Assembly: GCA_030141605.1 (NCBI GenBank) | Contig: JAQGDQ010002047.1 | Coordinates: 1 to 16,716 of the forward strand | Length of the DNA: 16,716 nt | Origin: Tubiluchus corallicola | Taxonomy: Eukaryota; Animalia; Priapulida | Direction: 5' to 3' | Shown: piece after piece, positions 1-9,888 of the stretch | Layout: every line of letters starts with the position of its first letter | Position numbering within the stretch: the first letter of the stretch is position 1 | Notes under the pieces: generated by a model | The model's input: only the letters and a program-made list of their open reading frames with translations | Databases searched by the model: none | What the model was told of the DNA's origin: nothing | Made by a program: the position numbers and the translations under genes

Positions 1-2539
1 TACTAGTGATGTTGATAACAAGTAGCATGAAGGTTTAGTTACAGAATTACTAGTGATGTTGATAACAAGTAGCATGAAGGTTTAGTTACAGAATTACTAG
101 TGATGTTGATAACAAGTAGCATGAAGGTTTAGTTACAGAATTACTAGTGATGTTGATAACAAGTAGTATGAAGGTTTAGTTACAGAATTACTAGTGATGT
201 TGATAACAAGTAGCATGAAGGTTTAGTTACAGAATTACTAGTGATGTTGATAACAAGTAGCATGAAGGTTTAGTTACAGAATTACTAGTAATGTTGATAA
301 CAAGTAGCATGAAGGTTTAGTTACAGAATTACTAGTGATGTTGATAACAAGTAGTATGAAGGTTTAGTTACAGAATTACTAGTGATGTTGATAACAAGTA
401 GCATGAAGGTTTAGTTACAGAATTACTAGTGATGTTGATAACAAGTAGCATGAAGGTTTAGTTACAGAATTACTAGTGATGTTGATAACAAGTAGCATGA
501 AGGTTTAGTTACAGAATTACTAGTAATGTTGATAACAAGTAGCATGAAGGTTTAGTTACAGAATTACTAGTGATGTTGATAACAAGTAGTATGAAGGTTT
601 AGTTACAGAATTACTAGTGATGTTGATAACAAGTAGTATGAAGGTTTAGTTACAGAATTACTAGTAATGTTGATAACAAGTAGCATGAAGGTTTAGTTAC
701 AGAATTACTAGTGATGTTGATAACAAGTAGTATGAAGGTTTAGTTACAGAATTACTAGTGATGTTGATAACAAGTAGCATGAAGGTTTAGTTACAGAATT
801 ACTAGTGATGTTGATAACAAGTAGCATGAAGGTTTAGTTACAGAATTACTAGTGATGTTGATAACAAGTAGCATGAAGGTTTAGTTACAGAATTACTAGT
901 GATGTTGATAACAAGTAGCATGAAGGTTTAGTTACAGAATTACTAGTGATGTTGATAACAAGTAGCATGAAGGTTTAGTTACAGAATTACTAGTGATGTT
1001 GATAACAAGTATGAAGGTTTAGTTACAGATTACTAGTGATGTTGATAACAAGTAGCATGAAGGTTTAGTTACAGAATTACTAGTGATGTTGATAACAAGT
1101 AGCATGAAGGTTTAGTTACAGAATTACTAGTGATGTTGATAACAAGTAGCATGAAGGTTTAGTTACAGAATTACTAGTGATGTTGATAACAAGTAGCATG
1201 AAGGTTTAGTTACAATTACTAGTGATGTTGATAACAAGTAGCATGAAGGTTTAGTTACAGAATTACTAGTGATGTTGATAACAAGTAGCATGAAGATTTA
1301 GTTACAGAATCACTAGTGATGTTGATAACAAGTAGCATGAAGGTTTAGTTACAGAATTACTAGTGATGTTGATACAAGTAGATGAAGTTTAGTTACAGAA
1401 TTACTAGTGATGTTGATACAAGTACTAGTGATGTTGATAACAAGTAGCATGAAGGTTTAGTTACAGAATTACTAGTGATGTTGATAACAAGTAGCATGAA
1501 GAGTTACAGAATTACTAGTGATGTTGATAACAAGTAGCATGAAGGTTTAGTTACAGAATTACTAGTGATGTTGATAACAAGTAGCATGAAGGTTTAGTTA
1601 CAAATTACTAGTGATGTTGATAACAAGTAGCATGAAGGTTTAGTTACAGAATTACTAGTGATGTTGATAACAAGTAGCATGAAGGTTTAGTTACAGAATT
1701 ACTAGTGATGTTGATAACAAGTAGCATGAAGGTTTAGTTACAGAATTACTAGTGATGTTGATAACAAGTAGCATGAAGGTTTAGTTACAGAATTACTAGT
1801 GATGTTGATAACAAGTAGCATGAAGGTTTAGTTACAGAATTACTAGTGATGTTGATAACAAGTAGCATGAAGGTTTAGTTACAGAATTACTAGTGATGTT
1901 GATAACAAGTAGCATGAAGGTTTAGTTACAGAATTACTAGTGATGTTGATAACAAGTAGCATGAAGGTTTAGTTACAGAATTACTGGTGCTGTTGATAAC
2001 AAGTAGCATGAAGGTTTAGTTACAGAATTACTGGTGATGTTGATAACAAGTAGCATGAAGATTTAGTTACAGAATTACTAGTGCTGTTGATAACAAGTAG
2101 CATGAAGGTTTAGTTACAGAATTACTAGTGATGTTGATAACAAGTAGCATGAAAGTTTAGTTACAGAATTACTAGTGATGTTGATAACAAGTAGCATGAA
2201 GGTTTAGTTACAGAATTACTAGTGATGTTGATAACAAGTAGCATGAAGGTTTAGTTACAGAATTACTAGTGATGTTGATAACAAGTAGCATGAAGGTTTA
2301 GTTACAGAATTACTAGTGATGTTGATAACAAGTAGCATGAAGGTTTAGTTACAGAATTACTAGTGATGTTGATAACAAGTAGCATGAAGGTTTAGTTACA
2401 GAATTACTAGTGATGTTGATAACAAGTAGCATGAAGGTTTAGTTACAGAATTACTAGTGATGTTGATAACAAGTAGCATGAAGGTTTAGTTACAGAATTA
2501 CTAGTGATGTTGATATCAAGTAGCATGAAGGTTTAGTTA
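1..2539. repeat. 47-bp tandem satellite/minisatellite, about 54 copies, continuing beyond the left window edge
   Basis: The unit TACTAGTGATGTTGATAACAAGTAGCATGAAGGTTTAGTTACAGAAT repeats head-to-tail with few substitutions and no spacers. Most units carry an ACTAGT (SpeI) site. Confidence 0.99.
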
Positions 2540-2571
2540 ATGTCTTTTAGTTTAGTCTTTTGGTGGTAATT

Positions 2572-3197
2572 TTGTACGTGTGTGTCATTGGGAATTGTAT
2601 GATTTGCAGTTGTTTGTCTCTTTTTGTACGTGTGTTTGTGCTTTTGTTGATTGTATGATTTCCAGTTGTTTGTCTCTTTTTATTGTTTGTCTGTTTGTTG
2701 TTGATTGTATGATTTCCAGTTGTTTGTCTCCTTTTGTTGTTTGTGTGTGCTGTTGTTGATTGTATGATTTGCAGTTGTTTGTCTCTTTTTGTTGTTTGTG
2801 TGTGCTTTTGTTGATTGTATGATTTGCAGTTGTTTGTCTCTTTTTGTACGTGTGTTTGTGCTGTTGTTGATTGTATGATTTGCAGTTGTTTGTCTCTTTT
2901 TGTACGTGTGTTTGTGCTGTTGTTGATTGTATGATTTGCAGTTGTTTGTCTCTTTTTGTATGTGTGTTTGTGCTGTTGTTGATTGTATGATTTGCAGTTG
3001 TTTGTCTCTTTTTGTACATGTGTTTGTGCTGTTGTTGAATGTATGATTTGCAGTTGTTTGTCTCTTTTTGTTGTTTGTGTGTGCTGTTGTTGATTGTATG
3101 ATTTGCAGTTGTTTGTCTCTTTTTGTTGTTTGTGCTGTTGTTGATTGTATGATTTGCAGTTGTTTGTCTCTTTTTGTTGTTTGTGTGTGGTGTTGAT
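2572..3197. repeat. ~56-bp G/T-rich minisatellite, about 11 copies
   Basis: Unit approximately GATTGTATGATTTGCAGTTGTTTGTCTCTTTTTGTACGTGTGTTTGTGCTGTTGTT; TGCAGTTG recurs at 2881 and 2937 (period 56). It accounts for the repetitive minus-strand ORF 2585..3202. Confidence 0.97.
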
Positions 3198-3360
3198 GTC
3201 ATTTGAGTTTAATTACCTTTTGCTTCAATTTAAGTTACGTGTTCCTTTCGTCTTCCCCCTGATTTTAGTTTAATTTCCACTTTCTTCTATGATGCTGTAG
3301 ACATCTGAGGCATATTATCAGCTTAATTGCTGTCCGTCAAAGAACATACCGCGTCTACTA

Positions 3361-3576
3361 AAGGAACGTTTACCTAGCATGCGTAATGCGTACGCGTTGT
3401 GCGGATGCGGAACAGATAAAATCGGTTTAGATTGTTTTCAATGCACCCCCCTATCAGACCTGCGTTATGCGTTATTGTTTTCTGAGTTATTTTTTACTGA
3501 TTTTTTATACGCAACTATTCCGCAGCTGGATGACGCATAACGCATACGCATTCCGGATGCCAGGTAAACGCGTCTT
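3361..3576. mobile_element. Palindromic MITE, ~216 bp, flanked by TA on both sides
   Basis: The left end AAGGAACGTTTACCTAGCATGCGTAATGCGTACGCGTTGTGCG matches the reverse complement of the right end, AAGACGCGTTTACCTGGCATCCGGAATGCGTATGCGTTATGCG (imperfect ~43-bp TIR). TA lies at 3359-3360 and 3577-3578. Superfamily uncertain. Confidence 0.8.
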
Positions 3577-3849
3577 TAGAGTTTGTTAAATTCTCATCTC
3601 GGCTAATTCTGCTACTATTTCTGGCAAGTACTACAATGATACTACGAACCCGTAACAGCAATTACTGCCTCCAGCTTTTGCTACGAATTCACAGCATCTG
3701 ACTTCTTTCCTCGTTTTCACAAAGGTTAGCTAATCCTCTTTTCTGGTTCTCTATTGATTCTCGATTCTCATTTACGACTGCACTAGCGGCTTCATTCCAC
3801 TAATACCAACTTGCTGGATTAAATCCATCATTTGGCACCGGTTTCTTGC

Positions 3850-4384
3850 ACCACTTTAACAACCCAATGGGAAAGAAGATTTTATTATTGTACCCAAATA
3901 GCAAATTTACCACAAGATAGACCTACACCTATGTTAACGCCACTGTGTCTACTACTAACGCATTACGAAAGGCTTATTGAAACAACTGCATTAAACTTAC
4001 TTTTAAAAAAAGGAACTGAATCATTTCGGCATAGAATAGGCGATCAAAATACAGATTGTTGTCATTGTAATAATGCAACTCCTCAAACACCAGAACACAT
4101 TATATTTGACTGTGATTTGGTAGACCATCAATTTCGAATAAATATAAGACAAGTTCTGCCCTCAGCCAATATAAGCGAGATTTATCTAAAAAGAGATAAA
4201 GATGTGTGCCAGGCATATGTAAACATTGCTAGAGATGTATAAATTATAGTGTAAACTATGTATATATTTTAAATTTATTCTTAATTGGCATTATGTATAA
4301 TCTTGTTATCGTAAATAGTTATATTTTGTAAACGAACCCCTGCAAATACAGGGGAAACAATGTATTCATTGTTTAATTAAAAAA
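3850..4384 (+). mobile_element. 5'-truncated non-LTR retrotransposon: ORF2 C-terminus with CCHC zinc knuckle plus 3' UTR
   Basis: The frame ending at 4242 encodes ...SFRHRIGDQNTDCCHCNNATPQTPEHIIFDC... (C-x-C-x9-H-x4-C), typical of LINE ORF2 C-termini. It is followed by an AT-rich UTR with the hairpin CCCCTG-caaata-CAGGGG (4337-4354), then ATTAAAAAA and a (CT)n tail. It is homologous to 12063-12600. The 5' boundary is approximate. Confidence 0.8.
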
Positions 4385-4518
4385 CTCTCTCTTTCTCTCT
4401 CTCTCTCTCCCCCCCCCTCTCTCTCGCTCCTCTCTCTCTTTCTCTCTCCCCCTCTCTCTCTTCTCTCTCTCTCTCTCCCTTCCTCTCTCTCTCTCTCTCT
4501 GTCTCTCTCCCTCTCTGT

Positions 4519-4558
<40 letters not shown>

Positions 4559-4664
4559 CCTCTCTTCTCTCTTCTCTCTCTCTCTCTCTCTCTCTCTCCC
4601 TTACTCTCTCTCTCTCTGTCTCTCTCCCTCTCTCTCTCTTCTCTCTTCTCTCTCTTTCTCTCCC

Positions 4665-4710
<46 letters not shown>

Positions 4711-4765
4711 CTACTTCCCCTCTCTCTCCCTCCCCCTTCCTCCCTGTCCTTCTCGCTCTCTGTCT
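4385..4765. repeat. Imperfect (CT)n/(AG)n microsatellite, probably the expanded 3' tail of the upstream LINE
   Basis: About 380 bp of near-pure pyrimidine sequence starting immediately after ATTAAAAAA. It gives rise to the poly-ER ORFs. Confidence 0.97.
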
Positions 4766-5156
4766 GTTGGTTGCTGTCTTGCATCGGTTCTTTACTCTTT
4801 GCTGATACAACACAATGTTCTTGGCCTTAACTATTGTAACCAAGCACTTAATAATAATAGTAATAATAATTGCCCACTTTGTGCAAAGTTCGTATCATTG
4901 CCGTACAGAGCTACAGAACCCGACTGCACCACTCATCACACAGATTAGAATGCTGTTCACGGTCAAACTCGAACCTAACCTAATGAAATTTTACTGCACA
5001 TGCAATATTGATGATCAGAATTTGATTTTCTTTCGAGATTTGATTTTGTCTAATTCCTCGTTTCAACAACGGAGAACGTATTCTTGTGCCTGCCTTATTA
5101 ATAAATAATTCGCGACGTGGAATTAACGCGCATCACCTAGAGTTTTCGCTTATCAT

Positions 5157-5702
5157 CGGGGTGCATAAGATTATTGGATATGTATAGAATAAATAAAATA
5201 GCTTTTTGAAATTTTATTTTATGGATATCAATAAAATAAGAAATAGACTATATCTGGAACGAGATGCCCAGGGGGAAATCAATTAAAAAGTAAAAACATG
5301 AGTGCTTGAAACGTGTTTTTAAACACACAGGACTTAGTTTTAATTTTATTAGTTTACAGAGAGTACGTCTCTGGTGGCTGGGTCTCTCTCAGTTATTTTC
5401 AGACCGAACTCCAGGTCATGCTTTGGTTGAAATTTCGCCATCTTGATAACAAAAAGACAATGAGAAAAAACAATGTAAAATAGCAAATCCGGAAATGCGC
5501 TTTTGTTGGTTTGTTTTCTTTCTCTTTCTCTCCTTCTAACGTTCGTTTTCAGTGTTGCCAATGCTTACAACTCCTTACTTTGTACAAAAAATCACAAATT
5601 TTTTTTTTAATTTTATGCATTTCTTATTTTATGGATTTTTCAAATTTTATTTTATGGATTTTTGGTCTTATTTTATGTATATCCATAATCTTATGCAGTC
5701 TG
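5157..5702 (-). mobile_element. Non-autonomous, internally deleted hAT-type DNA transposon
   Basis: The left end CGGGGTGCATAAGATTATTGGATAT matches the reverse complement of the right end, CAGACTGCATAAGATTATGGATAT. The 8-bp flanks CTTATCAT (5149-5156) and ATTATCAT (5703-5710) match at 7/8, consistent with a hAT-size TSD. Subterminal ATTTTATGGAT repeats are present. Confidence 0.85.
5349..5441 (-). pseudogene. Putative truncated transposase N-terminus (MAKFQPKHDLEFGLKITERDPATRDVLSVN*) inside the hAT element
   Basis: An ATG at 5441 opens a short frame in a GC-richer patch between the TIRs. From recall, it resembles the N-termini of hAT-like transposases preceding a C-x-F-C zinc-finger start. 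Not verified by search. Confidence 0.5.
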
Positions 5703-5938
5703 ATTATCATTGAGCAGATGGTGTTACTTTTACCAAGGCAACCAGGCAATATTCCTTGGGTGTTCTGCACAAATGTCTTATCTTTTGAGCAATAATGACT
5801 ACAGCTAGCAAATTAAAGTCCCGCGTGGTGGCGTGCTACGAATTGCTCATTTCCTAAACGGTGAAATTAATCGAAACGCTTCTGCCATTTTTCTAATGAA
5901 AAATGAGTTCCAAGAGTGCTCGCTGGTTTCTGTGAAAT

Positions 5939-6650
5939 GAAACATCACCATCCACTAAGGAGCAACCAATCAGATTTAGACCAAATACCCACCTTTGGGG
6001 GGGGGAGCGCATCTCTAACACGAGATAAAACATCACATCCACTAAGCAGCAGCCAATCAGATTTAGACCAAATACCCACCTTTTTTGGGGGGGGGGGGGA
6101 GCGCATCTCTAACGCGAGATAAAACATCACATCCACTAAGCAGCAGCCAATCAGATTTAGACCAAATACCCACCTTTTTGGGGGGGGGAGCGCATCTCTA
6201 ACGCGAGATAAAACATCACATTCACTAAGCAGCAGCCAATCAGATTTAGACCAAATACCCACCTTTTTTTGGGGGGGGGAGCGCATCTCTAACGCGAGAT
6301 AAAACATCACATCCACTAAGGAGCAGCCGATCAGATTTAGACCAAATACCCACCTTTTTGGGGGGGGAGCGCATCTCTAACGCGAGATAAAACATCACAT
6401 CCACTAAGGAGCAGCCGATCAGATTTAGACCAAATACCCACCTTGGGGGGGGGGGCACACCTCTAACACGAGATAAAACATCACATCTACTAAGCAGCAG
6501 CCAATAAGATTTAGACCAAATACCCACCTTTGGGGGGGGAGCGCATTTATTACGCGAGATAAAACATCACATCTACTAAGCAGCAGCCAATAAGATTTAG
6601 ACCATATAGCGCACCTCTTTAAGGGGTGCATCTCTAACGCGAGACATTTG
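5939..6650. repeat. ~87-94-bp minisatellite, about 8 copies, with variable poly(T)/poly(G) tracts
   Basis: Unit AAAACATCACATCCACTAAGCAGCAGCCAATCAGATTTAGACCAAATACCCACC(T)n(G)nAGCGCATCTCTAACGCGAGAT, starting near 5939, 6027, 6121, 6210, 6301, 6388, 6475 and 6561. Confidence 0.96.
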
Positions 6651-6740
6651 AATAAATTCTTCAAGAAGATGTACGCATCTTGCCAAACAACTCCTTTGAA
6701 TGCCTGACTGGTTGAATGAGGCAAATGACAAGGAGAAAAG

Positions 6741-6840
6741 CGGTGCACGGTAAAAATGGCACAGGTTAAAATAACACCGGTAAAAATAGCACGGGAAAAA
6801 AGGGTACACAAAAAATGTGAATTTACGGTTAGGGTTATTG
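6741..6840 (+). mobile_element. Remnant left arm of a foldback-like DNA transposon, same architecture as 12686-13349
   Basis: ~15-bp subrepeats (GCACGGTAAAAATG, GCACAGGTTAAAATA, ACACCGGTAAAAATA) are followed by TTACGGTTAGGGTTATT, a 17-mer also found at about 12767-12783. No right arm was found. Confidence 0.5.
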
Positions 6841-6899
6841 TGGGCATAATTAGTTTAGTTATTTTTACAATGAGGTAAAGATGAATACTTTAATAGGCA

Positions 6900-6988
6900 C
6901 GATGCTGTTGATTAATGAACGAGGATGCCGATATTAATGAGCGATGATGCCGATTAATGAACGACGATGCCGATTAATGAGCGATGAT
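6900..6988. repeat. ~20-bp tandem repeat, about 4 copies
   Basis: GATTAATGA(A/G)CGA(C/T/G)GATGCC repeated head-to-tail. Confidence 0.85.
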
Positions 6989-7946
6989 TGCGATGATTTT
7001 AACTAAAATGGCTCGATGAATGCCACGTAAAAAGAACATTTAAACAGCACTACGCAGAGCTCTCAAAGGGAGTGTCATAACTCTTTGGAAAGAGGAGGAC
7101 TTGGCTAGGGGTAGTACATTTTGTTATCTCCACCAGGACGAACTTTCGCCTGGAAACCTGTTTAACGCTGTCTATCACCTTTGCCTATACATGTTTGTAA
7201 CCTGATCAACTGACTTAGTGTGTAAATACGCACATTTGTCAGTCTATTACCATTGCCAAATGGTTAAACAAACACTATGTGAAGTGTTCGCGCATTGTTG
7301 ACCATAATTTTAGTTAAAGAACGAAATATTTTGTTGGCTTTGGTAGTCTATATAATATATACAGGTATATTTTTATATAAACGCTTGTTCATCTTTGCTT
7401 TATGTTTTTTCAAACATCTTGAGGATTTTTTTGCTCTTTTCCCAGTTCCCAGAGAACGAATTCTAGTTTTATTGAATTATTTGCACATTATTTGCTGGCG
7501 CGCTTGAAACCAGAATGCAGTATTTAAACGCAAGGCTTACGTACAGTTATAACGGGACCGGAACCTATCTTATGATAAAGGATAAGGATAAAGGATGAGA
7601 TGTGCAACAGTAGAGACGTAGAAATGTCATAACGATGTTCGCAATGTTCGGTCTAAAAGTAATTTTCGTGGCGGCTACCCATTCATTTACAAACCAAAAT
7701 CGATTGTGCTTAACTTTCGCATGCCTGTAACAGTTATATCCAAATGTTCATCCTAAATAGGCAACTCTTCTTATTTTCCTTTCAAAATGGTTGGATTGAT
7801 CCATACCAAAGTTGCAGATTAATTACACTGTAACTACTTACTTTTAAGAAATCTCTCCAGCAAAAAGTATAAAAATAGTTCCAAATTCCATCCCGGGAGT
7901 TTTTGCGAAAGCTATAATAGTAGTAGGACACGCAGGGCAGGGCAGC

Positions 7947-8441
7947 GAGTCAGTTATTTATCACATTGATGGAGCTGCAGCATTGACTGTGGCTGAGCAG
8001 TGCGATCCTTGAACGTCTCCAGGGCGCACGCCTGGGCAAGGTGTATGGAGATCCTAAGTTACCCAGACAACAGGAACCCCCTCTCTTCCTCCCTGGTGTA
8101 GTCCAAAGGAAAGCTGAGCGATACGTTTGGCACCAGGTTGGCTGCAGGAGCTGCCGGAGTCAGTGAGCATGCTGCACTGGTCCGCCTTCGGAGTTCCACT
8201 CCTGATTTGGGAGGTTTACTCCTCTACATATGGCCGTTGGGTCACTTGACCTCCTCCGCCCTCTAGCCGTTGGCTGCTTGTGCAGCTCCTCCGCCTAGTG
8301 TCGAGATACAGTGTGGGCATCCCTCAAGCCTACAGCACCTGGTATTCCTAGGCGGTCACCCATCCAAGTACTAACCAGGCTCTACGTTGCTTAACTTCGG
8401 TGATCAGACGACAAGCGGTGTTTTCAACGTGATTTGGCCGT
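7947..8441 (-). mobile_element. 5S rRNA-derived SINE (SINE3-type), copy A, lacking the last ~45 nt of the 3' end
   Basis: On the minus strand, a 5S-like head (8441-8326) runs without a TTTT terminator into a ~380-bp GC-rich body. It is colinear with and highly similar to 14810-15298, while the flanks are unrelated. Confidence 0.9.
8326..8441 (-). rRNA. 5S rRNA-derived sequence (SINE head, not a canonical gene)
   Basis: The minus strand reads ACGGCCAAATCACGTTGAAAACACCGCTTGTCGTCTGATCACCGAAGTTAAGCAACGTAGAGCCTGGTTAGTACTTGGATGGGTGACCGCCTAGGAATACCAGGTGCTGTAGGCTT, recognisable as metazoan 5S lacking about 4 nt at the 5' end. Box A and box C regions are retained. Confidence 0.9.
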
Positions 8442-8543
8442 TTTTAGCCTATTACTGAAGCAATAAGCCACTACGTGAAAAAGTGGGTACACTTTTGATC
8501 ATAATTTCATAAATGTCGATTACTGCGCCTTTGCTGTAGTTAA

Positions 8544-9182
8544 CTTAAACAATATTTTCATTTGATAAGAAACATTACAATCATAAGTGCATTTGTAATG
8601 AAGACAATGGGCAATTAATCAAATGCTGATTGGCTAACAGGTATAACCTATATAAAAGCCTTTCATAGAGTAGATACGTCATTTATAAGTTTAATAGGCA
8701 CACGATTACAAGAACTGTTAGTCATGCATGAAGTAAGAGCAAAATTAAGAAGGTTTGTAACTTGTTTTTTGAATAGTGGGGGCGCGAAAGGACGGGACAA
8801 GTTGGTTATGACGTGTTTGATGTTGATGTTAAGCTACAAGAATAGAACGAGTGATGAAGAAGCTAATGAAAGAGAGGTGAAAGTGCTGGGATCACGGGAA
8901 TGCAAAGGTATAAATAATTTGCCCTGTGAGGTAGAATTCGGTGATTATTAATGTGCTATAGATTTAGTTTTACTAATTAAAGCGTCCACTTTGTATTACA
9001 AACGAAATGACAGCAGATGCTACAGCATTGTTAGAATCAGGAGACAGTGAGGTATCGCCACATAGTAGTATTTGGATATGATTCCGAGTGAAAGCATTTA
9101 TAGGATAGATATACTGGGTAAGGATTTGCTGGTAAAGAGGACAGTGTAGCAAAAAATGACCATCTTCATTATGCCATTCCGA
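8544..9182 (-). mobile_element. 3' fragment of a CR1-group LINE (ORF2 C-terminus and 3' UTR)
   Basis: The open minus frame 9182-8973 (absent from the ORF track) reads ...GHFLLHCPLYQQILTQYIYPINAFTRNHIQILLCGDTSLSPDSNNAVASAVISFVIQSGRFN*. This fits the HFLLHCPLY...LLxGDxxLS...N...SxRF* ending of invertebrate CR1 ORF2. The UTR ends in AATGAAAATATTGTTTAAG. Boundaries are approximate. Confidence 0.8.
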
Positions 9183-9250
9183 GTTTCATAACGAACAACA
9201 AATTGCGAAAAATGAGCATGCGCATGCGCATGCGCCTTTACACAGCTAAT

Positions 9251-9385
9251 ATTATTGTTGTACGTCATTCATTGTTCTCTGTATTATTCTTGTTAGCTAT
9301 TGTTGTACGTCGTTCATTGTTCTCTGTATTATTCTTGTTAGCTATTGTTGTACGTCGTTCATTGTTCTCTGTATTATTCTTGTTG
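9251..9385. repeat. 45-bp tandem repeat, 3 copies
   Basis: GCTATTGTTGTACGTCGTTCATTGTTCTCTGTATTATTCTTGTTA at about 9251, 9296 and 9341. Confidence 0.95.
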
Positions 9386-9760
9386 GCTGACTTGACTGTT
9401 ACACTGTTACGTGCATTCGTTATATGTTCTCTACTAAAATGCATAGAATTAAGATTAAATCTTTATTTCGGTACTTATAAAGTGTTTACATAAAATAATT
9501 ACTGCAATAACACATACCCGTTCACGTTGGTAACTGAAGCAACTGTGTACAGTAATTCCTAATCTTGTTTTAGCATATTAAATTCACTGCCTGCTCAGAC
9601 CATGAACTTGTTTAATGAACGGTTAAGAAGTTGGCAGCGTTAATGAGTTGTGAATTGAAACAGAAAACGGCAATTCGGTTGGTAATGTGAAAATTATGCG
9701 TATTTTGCTATAGCAGAGCTGAAAGGTTGCCATATTAGTCTTTAGTTGCAATATCAGTCT

Positions 9761-9888
9761 TTAAAGCACAAGAAAACCCTTCACTTACATAAAGCTTAAA
9801 AATTCGTTTTGAAATTTTATATCACTTACATACTGCCTTTTTGCGTGCAGGACTTCAATCGGCAGTCACGCTGTATAAAACATGTAAA
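9761..9888 (+). repeat. Dispersed repeat, copy 1; possible Kolobok-like transposon end (TTAA|AG)
   Basis: TTAAAGCACAAGAAAACCCTTCACTTACATAAAGC...CGCTGTATAAAACATGTAAA aligns with 13874-14001. Similarity starts at TTAA in both copies. Confidence 0.7.

Noticed and set aside
1-2539. CRISPR-like regular array
   Set aside because: Units are contiguous with no unique spacers, no cas genes are present, and the context is eukaryotic.
2585-3202. 205-aa minus-strand ORF
   Set aside because: It is a translation of the 56-bp minisatellite cycling through frames; the T-poor strand simply lacks stop codons.
3580-3830. Possible inverted LINE coding segment on the minus strand
   Set aside because: Frames are short and interrupted by stops, with no convincing endonuclease or RT motif.
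4377-4843. Glu/Arg-rich ORFs
   Set aside because: They are translations of the (AG)n microsatellite.
5916-6847. Several overlapping ORFs
   Set aside because: They are translations of the ~90-bp minisatellite and the adjacent subrepeats.
7045-7205. GC-richer patch with short open frames on both strands
   Set aside because: No recognisable protein motif or convincing splice pair.
8326-8441. Functional 5S rRNA genes (also 15189-15298)
   Set aside because: Both are 5'-truncated, lack an oligo-T terminator, are fused to the same long body and are not in a tandem array.
9214-9235. GCATGCGCATGCGCATGCGC NRF1-like palindrome
   Set aside because: It is a short 6-bp repeat with no associated promoter evidence.
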